This document shows positions 28,493 to 37,749 of a stretch of 47,975 nt of DNA, piece by piece; position 1 is the first letter of the stretch; each line of letters starts with the position of its first letter. The stretch covers positions 1 to 47,975 of the IMG/VR virus record IMGVR_UViG_3300025276_000050; one strand, written 5' to 3'. The translations under genes were made by a program, and so were the position numbers. The stretch is from a virus. Its lineage: Duplodnaviria; Caudoviricetes. The notes beneath the pieces are model-generated. The model was not told where the DNA came from. It did no database searches and was given only the letters and a program-made list of their open reading frames with translations.

Positions 28493-30403
28493 TCAGTGGA
28501 TTTGATACCAATTTTTACCTACCTCTGCTTCACCAATCTGTGGGCAGTGGTCAAATTTAAAGAACGCACCTGCATCAGCAATTGCTTGCTCTGCCATTGG
28601 TGCTATTACATCTGCTAGCTCCTCCTTACACTCTATGGTGTACTCATCGTGATACCAACATACATAAGCCCAGTCTTCACCCCACTTAAGCCCCTTGGCT
28701 AGTAGGCGTTTGTACAGCATTATATAAGCGGCTGCCATCATTATAGCTTCATCACTCTGAAGCATATACACCAGTATTGCATGTTCTTTTTGAATGTAAA
28801 TAGGTCTGCCGTCTAATCCTGGTATCCAACCATCTTTGTACTCAACCCTACCCCATTTACCTTTAACTTCTTTAGCGTTACTCCGCCACACTTTAAGCAA
28901 TGAGTCAACCAAAGCTGCCTGTGCAGGGAACACACCCTCTAATCCTTTACGTATATCAGCCCCAGCTTTCTCGGAGCCTCCTAGCATACTGCCCATCTTA
29001 GCATCACCTGAACCAAATTTCCAGCCAAGGCCATAACCCTTAGCTTTAGATCTAGTTACATGACGTAAGCCATGAGCATCTGCAACTTTGTTGACAACGT
29101 GCATAGCTAGGGAGTGTCCGTCAGTCCCTTTAGCTTTGTCGCCGTCAATAAGTATAGACGTAAGTTTTGGATCTTTAGCACGTTGGGCTAGCATTCTGTC
29201 TTGACAACTTCCTGCATCACACCCAATCAATACCCTACCTTCTGGACATGTAAAACATTTACGCATCCACTTACCAAAGAATGTATCTATGTTAGGTACA
29301 TTCGCTAGGCTTGCATGAGTAGCTCTACCTGTAGCAGCAAGGCCAGATACCCTAGAAGATAAACGACCGTCTTCCCTAGTCCTGTTGATCCAACCTTTGA
29401 TGGTTGAAACCCTATCTGCACACACTACTCGCTTAGCTATTAACTTACCTACCTTACCCTCGACACCCTTAAATGGGTCATCAGAGTTAAGCTTAGGGCC
29501 AGTACGCTCACCAGTCTTCTTACTTGTATTCCATGCAGCAGGCTCCCAGCCAAGGTCTAGGAGGTATCGCTTACACTCCTTATCCTTGCTGAGATCCACT
29601 CTCCTAAATAGTAATCTGCTATGGGGGCCTGCAACTAATGAGGCATCATCTCCCCAGTATTTTAACACCTTAGCGTTATAAGCACCACTTTTTAGGAAAG
29701 GTTCTCTAACCCAGTTGTATACCCCAGCTTTCTTAATTTCTGAGGGTATTGTAACTGACGGTAGTAGAGGGTTAACTGCTCTGTCTAAACGATTGATCCA
29801 GCGGGATAACATATGTAAGCAATAATCCATTTGCTTACGGTCAGTTAGCCAACCGAATTGCTCTTGCTTGTGCACAATCTCAAACAATTTGAATGACATC
29901 TGCCAAGCGTTCTTCCAAGTACCTCCTAGTTCTTTAGCCTCCTTGAGTAGCTCCATGTATATGAGGTATTGTATCTCAACATCCTCAGTACAACGGTGGA
30001 GCATCTCGTCAGAGTATTTAGTCCAGTCTTCGTGCGCTGGTTTAGCTCTGCCAAATCTAAACCCCCAAGCATCTACGCTATGAGGGCCACTCTTGCCTTT
30101 ATAACCCCAAGGTCTGGGGCGGTTGGGCTGCTGTAACCTACTCATAATAAGGGTGTCTACCATCTTACCTTTGTAAGTGTAGCCATGTATCTTCTCCATA
30201 AGAGGAGCGTCATACCCTATACCGTTATGAATGATTAATACATCAACTGTGTCAAGGTATGCAAACATCTCAGAGAGATTGTCAGGAGTGAATTTAACTA
30301 CCTCTTTAGTGTTGATGTCCTTGAATACACCACACCAAATAGTAGTGACTGTATCTAATAAGCCATTAGCTTCAAGGTCACCTATACATACCTTCATAAT
30401 CAT
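28493..30403 (-). CDS. Family A DNA polymerase with 3'-5' exonuclease
   Basis: Exo I DLEANG, Exo II HNGIGYD and Exo III C..DV; polymerase motifs GRATH, A (GCDAGSCQDR), B (RSKAKGYGLGWKFG) and C (WYHDEY). Confidence 0.93.
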   Translation of the reverse strand: MIMKVCIGDLEANGLLDTVTTIWCGVFKDINTKEVVKFTPDNLSEMFAYLDTVDVLIIHNGIGYDAPLMEKIHGYTYKGKMVDTLIMSRLQQPNRPRPWGYKGKSGPHSVDAWGFRFGRAKPAHEDWTKYSDEMLHRCTEDVEIQYLIYMELLKEAKELGGTWKNAWQMSFKLFEIVHKQEQFGWLTDRKQMDYCLHMLSRWINRLDRAVNPLLPSVTIPSEIKKAGVYNWVREPFLKSGAYNAKVLKYWGDDASLVAGPHSRLLFRRVDLSKDKECKRYLLDLGWEPAAWNTSKKTGERTGPKLNSDDPFKGVEGKVGKLIAKRVVCADRVSTIKGWINRTREDGRLSSRVSGLAATGRATHASLANVPNIDTFFGKWMRKCFTCPEGRVLIGCDAGSCQDRMLAQRAKDPKLTSILIDGDKAKGTDGHSLAMHVVNKVADAHGLRHVTRSKAKGYGLGWKFGSGDAKMGSMLGGSEKAGADIRKGLEGVFPAQAALVDSLLKVWRSNAKEVKGKWGRVEYKDGWIPGLDGRPIYIQKEHAILVYMLQSDEAIMMAAAYIMLYKRLLAKGLKWGEDWAYVCWYHDEYTIECKEELADVIAPMAEQAIADAGAFFKFDHCPQIGEAEVGKNWYQIH

Positions 30404-30601
30404 TTACCTATCTGTTAATCCATTATTCTCTTTTATATCGACTATCCCTTGCTTAATTTTATCAACCCAGACACATTCACCAGACACATCACGACCAAGA
30501 TCATCAAGCATGCTATCAAACTCACTAATCATCATTCTTTTAGCTTCATCGCAAATGTTAATCATTTCTTCATGTGTGTACTTTAATTTACTCATAATCA
30601 T
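30404..30601 (-). CDS. Hypothetical protein
   Basis: 65 aa, begins within the junction repeat and ends at the polymerase start. Confidence 0.7.
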   Translation of the reverse strand: MIMSKLKYTHEEMINICDEAKRMMISEFDSMLDDLGRDVSGECVWVDKIKQGIVDIKENNGLTDR

Positions 30602-30627
30602 TTACCTGTTAAGTGTTTGTTATAAGA

Positions 30628-30789
30628 TTAAAAATTTGTTAGCTTACAGCCGTCACAACAAAAATAATCTCTCCACCATTTTTTAGGATGCCTTTTATCG
30701 TAAACTCTTTCTAGTCTACCTCCGCATTTAGGGCAGATACATCCAATTTTTAATTTCCTTTTATCGACTTTCCCGTTTCGGTTACTCAT
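30628..30789 (-). CDS. Zinc-ribbon mini-protein (53 aa), not in the ORF track
   Basis: MSNRNGKVDKRKLKIGCICPKCGGRLERVYDKRHPKKWWRDYFCCDGCKLTNF has two CxxC pairs and starts in the degenerate junction repeat. Confidence 0.7.
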   Translation of the reverse strand: MSNRNGKVDKRKLKIGCICPKCGGRLERVYDKRHPKKWWRDYFCCDGCKLTNF

Positions 30790-30791
30790 AA

Positions 30792-30992
30792 TTATTTACT
30801 CACCATACCTAAGTCATGTTCTCGTTGTTTTTTCCAACCCAAATAATCGGCTTTAGTAGTTGATCCTTCACGCACCATTTGTTGTGCTTCTAAATCGCAG
30901 TAAGCAAACCAAACTCGCTCAAATTGTTGTAATTGTTTGCCTTTAAGAGAATCTCTAAGGTCAAAATAATCGTCTTGTAAACTCATAATCAT
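30792..30992 (-). CDS. Hypothetical protein
   Basis: 66 aa, begins within the junction repeat. Confidence 0.7.
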   Translation of the reverse strand: MIMSLQDDYFDLRDSLKGKQLQQFERVWFAYCDLEAQQMVREGSTTKADYLGWKKQREHDLGMVSK

Positions 30993-31002
30993 TTACCTGT
31001 TG

Positions 31003-31500
31003 TTAAACACGCATCCCTTCAAAAGACCCAAACACATTCTTCTTGAAACGGTTAACAGCTACATCGACAGCTGCTCTATTAGATCCTACAACCTTAGCTG
31101 CATAAGTAGGAGTACAGTTACCTGTATAAATTAGATGTAAAGCATCCTTCATCTTCCTACTGCCCCCTCTGTCCTCAATCATGTTAGGGATTATACCAGC
31201 GTTCTCTTTACGCATAAGCTCTTTCTCAGGGTTGTGTACTAAGTCAATCTCTCTATGCACCCAACCTGCTAACACTGTAGCATCCTCTTGTGAGTTTTTA
31301 TAATGAGCTACCTTAGTGAATAAAACTCTAGTAAAATACTTAGGGAGATCTTCCTCAGTTAAGTCTGGGTTAGCTTTAAGTATAGCTAAGCAAGCTTCTT
31401 GTATTATGTCATCACGGTCTGATATATTAGAGACAACACCGCTTAGACGTTTACGTAACACTTTCATGTTTTTATTAATATACGCTTCTAGTAAAATCAT
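31003..31500 (-). CDS. ECF-like RNA polymerase sigma factor
   Basis: Region-2-like DRDDIIQEACLAILK...KYFTRV and a C-terminal HTH-like AAKVVGSNRAAVDVAVNRFK. 165 aa, AAGGAG RBS. Confidence 0.7.
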   Translation of the reverse strand: MILLEAYINKNMKVLRKRLSGVVSNISDRDDIIQEACLAILKANPDLTEEDLPKYFTRVLFTKVAHYKNSQEDATVLAGWVHREIDLVHNPEKELMRKENAGIIPNMIEDRGGSRKMKDALHLIYTGNCTPTYAAKVVGSNRAAVDVAVNRFKKNVFGSFEGMRV

Positions 31501-31808
31501 TTTTCATCTCCTTTGAAATCCATATCTTGTACTAGCTTGATGATCTTGTAAAAAGCAGAAAGTTCTTCAAGGTTTTTAAGTTTTTGTTTTGCGGATTCAT
31601 AGTCAATATATGTTCCGCAAACATTGTCTTTTCCTGTAACAATCATATACTTGACTATCGGATCTTCTACTATGTCGTATTCGTAATCTTGCCAATTAAA
31701 AACCCTTGGCGACTTGTCTTTGTCGAACTCAAATGCATTAGAATGCAAAATAGTTTTACCATCAACATAAGCCTGCATTACTACTATTTGTTCTTCTACT
31801 GTTTTCAT
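31497..31808 (-). CDS. Hypothetical protein
   Basis: 103 aa, GAGG RBS. EQIVVMQAYVDGKTI...FNW...EY pattern is seen in small phage proteins. Confidence 0.7.
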   Translation of the reverse strand: MKTVEEQIVVMQAYVDGKTILHSNAFEFDKDKSPRVFNWQDYEYDIVEDPIVKYMIVTGKDNVCGTYIDYESAKQKLKNLEELSAFYKIIKLVQDMDFKGDEK

Positions 31809-31810
31809 TG

Positions 31811-33460
31811 TTATACCTCTGTAAACCTACCTGATATTGGACTCCAAGCAAGTTTAACTCTGCCTGTCTCCCCTTCCCTAGCTTCTAACACTATAAGATC
31901 TCGTCTATTCTTCTCGTCAGAAGGTAAGTCGGGATCTTTATTACCTTCTAAACCTAACATATAGTCACAAGAACGCATCATAGCACGGCTACCTGCAAAT
32001 TGTTTACTAAGCACCTGTCCTCCCATCTCATGTGGCTTGTCAGCGGGGGCATTAAGATGGCAGAAGATAAAGATTGCAATGTCTAAGTCCATAGCCATTG
32101 ATGATAGTTCAACAGCAATCTCCTGTAACTTTGAGTTAGCTTCGCCAGCGGATAGCCCTACAGTTAGGTTTGTTATAGGGTCAATAATTACCCCTTTAAC
32201 CCCTTCAGCTGCGGCTGATCTTATGTCAGCTTTTAAACTCTCCCAACCTAAATGTTGATACAAGTCCACCATACATAACTGTGGAGCAATCTTAGGTGCC
32301 CAAGCATCGTATGCGTCATAGTCAAACTTAATCTTAGGGTCATGGAATATACGTCCAGCAGCCTTACCTACAATCTTACGGAATGTAATAACATTAGATT
32401 GCTCAGGCTTAGCAGTAAACATTTTCCAATTATGCTCAATAATACAGTGCTCAGCTAAGGCATCTACAAGCTCGCTCTTGCCGATTTTAACACCAGCACC
32501 AAAGTAGTATGTCTTACCTGTAAAAATGCCCCTAGTGAGCTGTGTGAGACCTTTCCAGGGCCATGACAGCCCCCACTTGGCTTCTTCCCTACCTGCTGCT
32601 ATAAGATCAGTGCCCCATATAAGGCTAGTGTTCTTAGCTACAGAGGCTTTCCACATACAGGCATTAACAGCTGCCTTACTCTTACCCTCAATAAGGCAGG
32701 CATTGGCATCTTTAGCGGGTAACGCTACAGTAAGAGCCTTAGGCAACACTTTAAGGACACTCTGTATAGCTGATTCACCTGCCTGATCGTTATCAAATAC
32801 CAGTACAACATCCTCAAAGTGAGCAGCTAACGCATCCATAGCGTTCTTAACGTCCTTAGTAGCACCTGCTGCACCCCTTGTAAGGGACACAACAGCAGGT
32901 ACACGGTCAGCATACTGTGTATTCTTCTGAGAGCGGGTGATCATTTGCCATAAGGCAGCTGCATCCAGCTCCCCCTCAGTGATGAATATACGTCTGTTAC
33001 CTGAAGCAATAGCTTGCTCCCATCCAAATAGGTCTACACCTTTAGGTTCTCCTGTAAACCACATCTGTTTAGACTCTATTAAACGGTTTTTATACGCCTT
33101 AAGAACCCCATCTTTCTTATAAGGATAGTGATGGGATAGAGGTGTCTTACCATCCTCTCCTGACACACCTATTTTAACACCAAAGTATTCTAAGGTAGCT
33201 TCGTTAAGCCGCCTGTCATGGAGTGTCTGTACTCCGTAAGAGTTAATATCTTTAAGCTCTTCTTGAATTTCCTCCTGTGTCTTAGGTGCTTTATCAGCTG
33301 GCCTATAGTCTTTTGGTTTATCATCTCCGTAAGGGTTAGCTACGTATGTCTCACAATTAAAACAATAACCTGATACAGATTCATCGTCTTGTAAGAATAC
33401 CTGCAAACCTCTACGAGTACCACATTCATCATGCGGTATCTTATCAATACAAATACCCAT
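31811..33460 (-). CDS. Primase-helicase (T7 gp4-like)
   Basis: N-terminal Zn finger (H..C...YCFNC), TOPRIM motifs ITEGELDA / FDND / KDAN, Walker A GAGVKIGKS, and IIDPIT, FCHL. Confidence 0.92.
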   Translation of the reverse strand: MGICIDKIPHDECGTRRGLQVFLQDDESVSGYCFNCETYVANPYGDDKPKDYRPADKAPKTQEEIQEELKDINSYGVQTLHDRRLNEATLEYFGVKIGVSGEDGKTPLSHHYPYKKDGVLKAYKNRLIESKQMWFTGEPKGVDLFGWEQAIASGNRRIFITEGELDAAALWQMITRSQKNTQYADRVPAVVSLTRGAAGATKDVKNAMDALAAHFEDVVLVFDNDQAGESAIQSVLKVLPKALTVALPAKDANACLIEGKSKAAVNACMWKASVAKNTSLIWGTDLIAAGREEAKWGLSWPWKGLTQLTRGIFTGKTYYFGAGVKIGKSELVDALAEHCIIEHNWKMFTAKPEQSNVITFRKIVGKAAGRIFHDPKIKFDYDAYDAWAPKIAPQLCMVDLYQHLGWESLKADIRSAAAEGVKGVIIDPITNLTVGLSAGEANSKLQEIAVELSSMAMDLDIAIFIFCHLNAPADKPHEMGGQVLSKQFAGSRAMMRSCDYMLGLEGNKDPDLPSDEKNRRDLIVLEAREGETGRVKLAWSPISGRFTEV

Positions 33461-33468
33461 ATCTCTCC

Positions 33469-34242
33469 TTACTTTTGTTCGTTAAACTCTTTAAAAGCTC
33501 GTGTGTAGTCATCTAATGTTGTGCCTTCTAATCCGCAAGCTGTATTAACTTCTAATACATAAGCTTTATCTTCATGGGCATTATAAATAATATCAACGGA
33601 GCCAAAATCTAACAACAATGTTTTTACAGCAACTTTTGCAGCATCTAATACACACTGAGGTATCTCTTGCTCCTCGTTTCTAGCGAATATAAACCCACCT
33701 GCTAGGTTACGTACTTTCCAATTAACATTTTCAGCAGGTACATCTAGCTTACGTGCTTTACGTTGCTTAGTAATAATCTTATCAAAAGCTACGTGTATTC
33801 TAAACTCACTAGCTTTCTTAATATACTGAGTATACAGAGGGGCTAGAGGTAATTCCTTATCATCTTCAGGGCCTCGTATAACAATACCCTCACCACTGTG
33901 ACCGTTTAACACTTTACGGCATACGACAGTCTTACTGTTTTCTAACCAATCTCTAGCTATTTCTGGGTCGGTTGTATATGGGGGTATATTAACATGTCCT
34001 TTAAGGTTTCTAAAGGCTGTTAGCTTATTTACCGCGTCAGCTACTTGGCAAGGTGGGTTAAGCACCTCGGCTTGAGCTAGATTAGGTGGTAGTACGCTTG
34101 AACCCCAGTTAATTATTAGGTGGTGTGCATAGGATTTGTATGTACTGTTCTCCACTCTAAGCCTTCTACATCCTAGTGAGTTAGCTAAAGCTTTAGCAGA
34201 TTTACTTCCTTTCTTGTAAGGTAATATAAAATATTTATTCAT
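33469..34242 (-). CDS. ATP-grasp ligase
   Basis: GHSGEGI, EFRIHV, VRN...GF, DFGSVDII and YVLEVNTACGL are ATP-grasp motifs. Confidence 0.85.
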   Translation of the reverse strand: MNKYFILPYKKGSKSAKALANSLGCRRLRVENSTYKSYAHHLIINWGSSVLPPNLAQAEVLNPPCQVADAVNKLTAFRNLKGHVNIPPYTTDPEIARDWLENSKTVVCRKVLNGHSGEGIVIRGPEDDKELPLAPLYTQYIKKASEFRIHVAFDKIITKQRKARKLDVPAENVNWKVRNLAGGFIFARNEEQEIPQCVLDAAKVAVKTLLLDFGSVDIIYNAHEDKAYVLEVNTACGLEGTTLDDYTRAFKEFNEQK

Positions 34243-35056
34243 GGATTAGTTCCTCTTCTAAATAGGTAGGTTGATAAGCTATATCTTGAATCATTCGCAT
34301 GTTCTCAAACATTACGTCTTCCCAGTTACCTTCAAGAGGTAGTAGGTCTAACAACTCGCCGAACACACTCTCAGCAAGCTGCCTACTACCTAGCTTAGAG
34401 GTCTGTTCTAGTATTTCTACAGGTGTGGCATAACGTAATGCAGCACGTTTAAGACAGTCTAATAACTCAATCCAGTTGATTACGTCATTAATATCATCTG
34501 TGCCTCCCATAGCCCTAAATTCCATGCTACCATACTTACCTAGAGCCGCTAGATTAATGGCTGAATAGCGTAGGTTATCTGATGATAGTTGCTCTACCTC
34601 CCTAGATTTAAGAGCCTTAATAAAAGCTTGAACTGTAAACTCTGCATCTGCCAACCTTAAACAGAACAAGTTACCTTCACGGTGAGACCCACAATACTTA
34701 ACTAAATATTCCTCAAAGGTGGCATACAATACAAATAAGTTTGCCACTTGAGCCATGTTGAACTGCTGTACATTCATATGTACATGTACACTGCATCGGT
34801 ATGAATTTTTAATGACGGAGTTATTAAGTTTATAGCAGTCTTCTAATACTTTTAACCTACGTATAGCTGAGGGTTTACTAACAGGCCCGTCAAATACATA
34901 CTCCGCACTCTCTCCACGCAGAGAACCATCTTCCTCTCTAATAAAACCTGGAACATGGTGAGGTAAGTCATCCCCCTCAACCTCTACCTCAACACCATAG
35001 TCCCCTACAGCAGTCTCCAAGTCAAATAAATCTAATACTTTATCATTAAACAACAT
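34235..35056 (-). CDS. Putative amidoligase (Amidoligase_2 type, glutamine-synthetase-like fold)
   Basis: GVEVEVE, DGSLR, EYV, CSVHVHMN, RYSAIN and SMEFR motifs. Confidence 0.85.
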   Translation of the reverse strand: MLFNDKVLDLFDLETAVGDYGVEVEVEGDDLPHHVPGFIREEDGSLRGESAEYVFDGPVSKPSAIRRLKVLEDCYKLNNSVIKNSYRCSVHVHMNVQQFNMAQVANLFVLYATFEEYLVKYCGSHREGNLFCLRLADAEFTVQAFIKALKSREVEQLSSDNLRYSAINLAALGKYGSMEFRAMGGTDDINDVINWIELLDCLKRAALRYATPVEILEQTSKLGSRQLAESVFGELLDLLPLEGNWEDVMFENMRMIQDIAYQPTYLEEELIHE

Positions 35057-35636
35057 CAATATACTCCTGTACTATTTGGGATAGGTATTCATAAGGCTTT
35101 GATAGCATAACTTCTTTACCGTCCATATGGTCACTTACTTTAACACCTTTGTAGTAAAGAGCTAAATTATGACCATAAGGCGTGCGGGGTGCCCCAACCG
35201 CTAAAGTACGGCAAAAAGCTTTAGAACGAGTTGCCGTTACTACTTCCTGCATACACTCCTCCAGTGTAGGGTAAACCCCCTGTATACAAGCTGTTAGAGG
35301 GCGTTTATTAGAAGTAGGGCACATATATGCCCCAGCTCTTGCGCCGTTACCGACAATCCATAAGTTGCTACGGTCTAAACCTGCTTTCCAGCGTCTACGG
35401 GCTATCCTAGAGCCATAACAACACCTATCCCTCATGTTAATATAACCTAAAGGAACTGGCTTACAGTTAAGCTCGTCAAGCCTTACAGTGTGATACCTAC
35501 CTGTAGCTAGTGTTCTGCACCTAGCAAATAGTACATCCGCCTCTGTCAGAATATCGTGAATAATAACAGGTGAATTACCTTTACGTACTACAGTGTCTAC
35601 AAGCTGCATAGCAGCATCCCGTCTATTGTCCCACAT
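35046..35636 (-). CDS. Hypothetical protein within the amidoligase cluster
   Basis: ATG at 35636 follows GGAGG; overlaps both neighbours. Confidence 0.7.
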   Translation of the reverse strand: MWDNRRDAAMQLVDTVVRKGNSPVIIHDILTEADVLFARCRTLATGRYHTVRLDELNCKPVPLGYINMRDRCCYGSRIARRRWKAGLDRSNLWIVGNGARAGAYMCPTSNKRPLTACIQGVYPTLEECMQEVVTATRSKAFCRTLAVGAPRTPYGHNLALYYKGVKVSDHMDGKEVMLSKPYEYLSQIVQEYIDVV

Positions 35637-36420
35637 TAGGAACCTCCAAGCCAAGTTCTTGTATCAACTGTCTAGCAGATGCTACATCAGATGTGTTGAT
35701 GATAGTTTGTATGTCACCATACGTAGCTTCTAAGTCTTCACCTGCTAAAGTGTTAGCCACAGCTCTAGTAGCTGCTTTCCACACCCATGCTATAAGCTCC
35801 TCAGAGGCCAGCCACGCATTACTTAGAGTACGGTACTCAACACCATAGCTCTTAGCTCTAAATGCCCCAGCTGCCCCGTACATGGCTCTACGTTCACTAT
35901 CCGAATCAAAGGTGAGGGATACTAGACCTAGATAGAAGTCTAATTGCTTAACAATCGTCACACAAGAGGACAGATGTTCGGGACAATTTGTATCTGCCCC
36001 CTCTGTCCAACCTAAGTGAACGTGCCCTGCACCAGTCCGAAAGGGTAGATCTACATCAGGCTGCTCATTAACTGCCTGAGTGTACGCATTATAGTCAGGG
36101 TCACAACCCAAATCTCTAGCCTCTTCAGGTTGAGATTGGATGTAGTCATAACCAAAATGCGCTACGGGGTCAGCTACAACATCATACTCAGGAACCATGC
36201 CCTTGAGTTGATCCATAACCGATAAGATGTTACCTACAAATGTATCCTCAGAACTGGCGGCATCAATGTTAAACTCTAATGCCATTCCATCTACCTGCAC
36301 AGCTCCATCCTTTACAGGAAAGGGATTTGCTTTATCCCCTGGAATCATGCCGTGAGCTGATATATAGTCAGCGCCCTTCTTCATAAATACTTCTGGATCT
36401 GCTCCAAGTAATATTTGCAT
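35623..36420 (-). CDS. phiEco32-like COOH-NH2 ligase type 2
   Basis: GADPEVF, QVDGMALEFN, GCDPDYNAY, RTGAGHVH and RRAMYGAAGAFR.K.YGVEYRTLSN.W motifs. Confidence 0.88.
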   Translation of the reverse strand: MQILLGADPEVFMKKGADYISAHGMIPGDKANPFPVKDGAVQVDGMALEFNIDAASSEDTFVGNILSVMDQLKGMVPEYDVVADPVAHFGYDYIQSQPEEARDLGCDPDYNAYTQAVNEQPDVDLPFRTGAGHVHLGWTEGADTNCPEHLSSCVTIVKQLDFYLGLVSLTFDSDSERRAMYGAAGAFRAKSYGVEYRTLSNAWLASEELIAWVWKAATRAVANTLAGEDLEATYGDIQTIINTSDVASARQLIQELGLEVPNVGQ

Positions 36421-36452
36421 AGCTAGTTACCTCTGTGTATATTTAAAAAAGA

Positions 36453-37748
36453 TCAATTGAATTGCGCCATAGCGTCTAAGTCTCTACAGTTCGTACATAC
36501 TGCTACTTCTCCTTTGATTATATCAAAGTCAGTTGGTATATCATAGCTAAGAGGGTTGTTACAACAACAACAACCAGCTTTAAACCTAGCATTGAAAACT
36601 TTGCGTGATAGTTCTACTCCGTTCTCATCTAAAACCCTACTCTCTACCTTACTAGGCTCTAAAGGCGGTACACTCTCCCAGTTTTGAGGGACTGACATAC
36701 CTTGACCTACTGAGATATACCCCTTCCTACCCCCTTTAACTGGGTTACCGTAACCTGTTATATTTTTAGACATATAGAAACCGTCATGGTGTAACAGATT
36801 GTTAGCTTCCTTGTTAGTACCGCAGTGAACACGTACCTCCACTTCGTTCTGATCTAAAGTACTACCAAAAGCTACAGTACCTGCAACTTCTCCTATGTAG
36901 AAAGGAACCTCGCTCTTGTTTGTATACCCTAAAGAGTCTAAGTAATCTTTCTTAGCACCAGCGCCTTGTCCACGATGAAATCCCACGATTGTACCACGAT
37001 TCGCTGTAGCCGTACTTTTCACTATCGGTGGGATGTACGGGACAAGCTTTTTTACAGTGGGTTTCTCCAGAGGTTGTGGCATATTAATCCCTAACTTTAA
37101 GTCAAAGGTGTATAACATATCCTCTTCAAAAGGTAATATAGCTTGATGTTTAAGGCCATTGCGATGCAAGGCAGCTTTAAGCATATACTTCTCACTAGCC
37201 CAGTATATAGTCTTAGCGTCCTCTGACGCAGTGAAGAACAAAGGACGTTCACTGTTACGTAAGAACTTAAGGCGTTGTTCCTTGTTGTTCCACCATACAA
37301 GAGCATAAGCCCCCTCTAGATTCTTTACTGTCTCATCTTCCCCAACTTTGTTAAGGGAATGAATGATATTCTCACTGTCTACCTCAAAATCTTTGTGATC
37401 TACAAGGCGGTGTTGCTTACGGATAGTACCGTTATGAACCCCAGTTATATCACCATGAGAGAACGGGTGAGCATTAGTGTTATTGATAGCACCTTTAGTG
37501 GCATATCGGTTATGCCCTACCAGTACACGGTTGTCAAACGCATTAAACTTCTTATATACACTTGCCATATCAAGGAAATCATAGGGAGTTACAGCTTTCT
37601 TAGCATATGTAGCTTCCCCAGCCTTGTTTACAGCGATCAAACCTGTTGAATGTTTACCTCGTAAGGCATCCATTATCAACAAATCCCTAACTGCATCCTT
37701 TTCTTTGTTATTCAGTACACCAGCAGCACCAACGATTCCACAGCACAT
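36453..37748 (-). CDS. Class II (Ntn) glutamine amidotransferase with Cys-rich C-terminus
   Basis: CGIVG, RG.HSTG, GHNRYAT.G...NAHPF, GVHNGTI, DSE, GAYAL and RNSERPL motifs; C-terminal CCCC...CxxC. Confidence 0.88.
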   Translation of the reverse strand: MCCGIVGAAGVLNNKEKDAVRDLLIMDALRGKHSTGLIAVNKAGEATYAKKAVTPYDFLDMASVYKKFNAFDNRVLVGHNRYATKGAINNTNAHPFSHGDITGVHNGTIRKQHRLVDHKDFEVDSENIIHSLNKVGEDETVKNLEGAYALVWWNNKEQRLKFLRNSERPLFFTASEDAKTIYWASEKYMLKAALHRNGLKHQAILPFEEDMLYTFDLKLGINMPQPLEKPTVKKLVPYIPPIVKSTATANRGTIVGFHRGQGAGAKKDYLDSLGYTNKSEVPFYIGEVAGTVAFGSTLDQNEVEVRVHCGTNKEANNLLHHDGFYMSKNITGYGNPVKGGRKGYISVGQGMSVPQNWESVPPLEPSKVESRVLDENGVELSRKVFNARFKAGCCCCNNPLSYDIPTDFDIIKGEVAVCTNCRDLDAMAQFN

Positions 37749-37749
37749 A

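Larger units (their letters stand above)
30394..31001 (-). repeat. Repeated gene-junction/RBS element AACAGGTAAATGATTATGAGT (- strand)
   Basis: Identical 21-mers at 30590-30610 and 30981-31001, a 16-nt core at 30394-30409, and a degenerate copy at 30784-30800. Confidence 0.85.

Noticed and set aside
30394-31001. CRISPR or integron array
   Set aside because: The repeats are non-palindromic RBS/start sequences separated by whole genes, with no attC structure, integrase or cas gene. Kept only as a junction-repeat finding.
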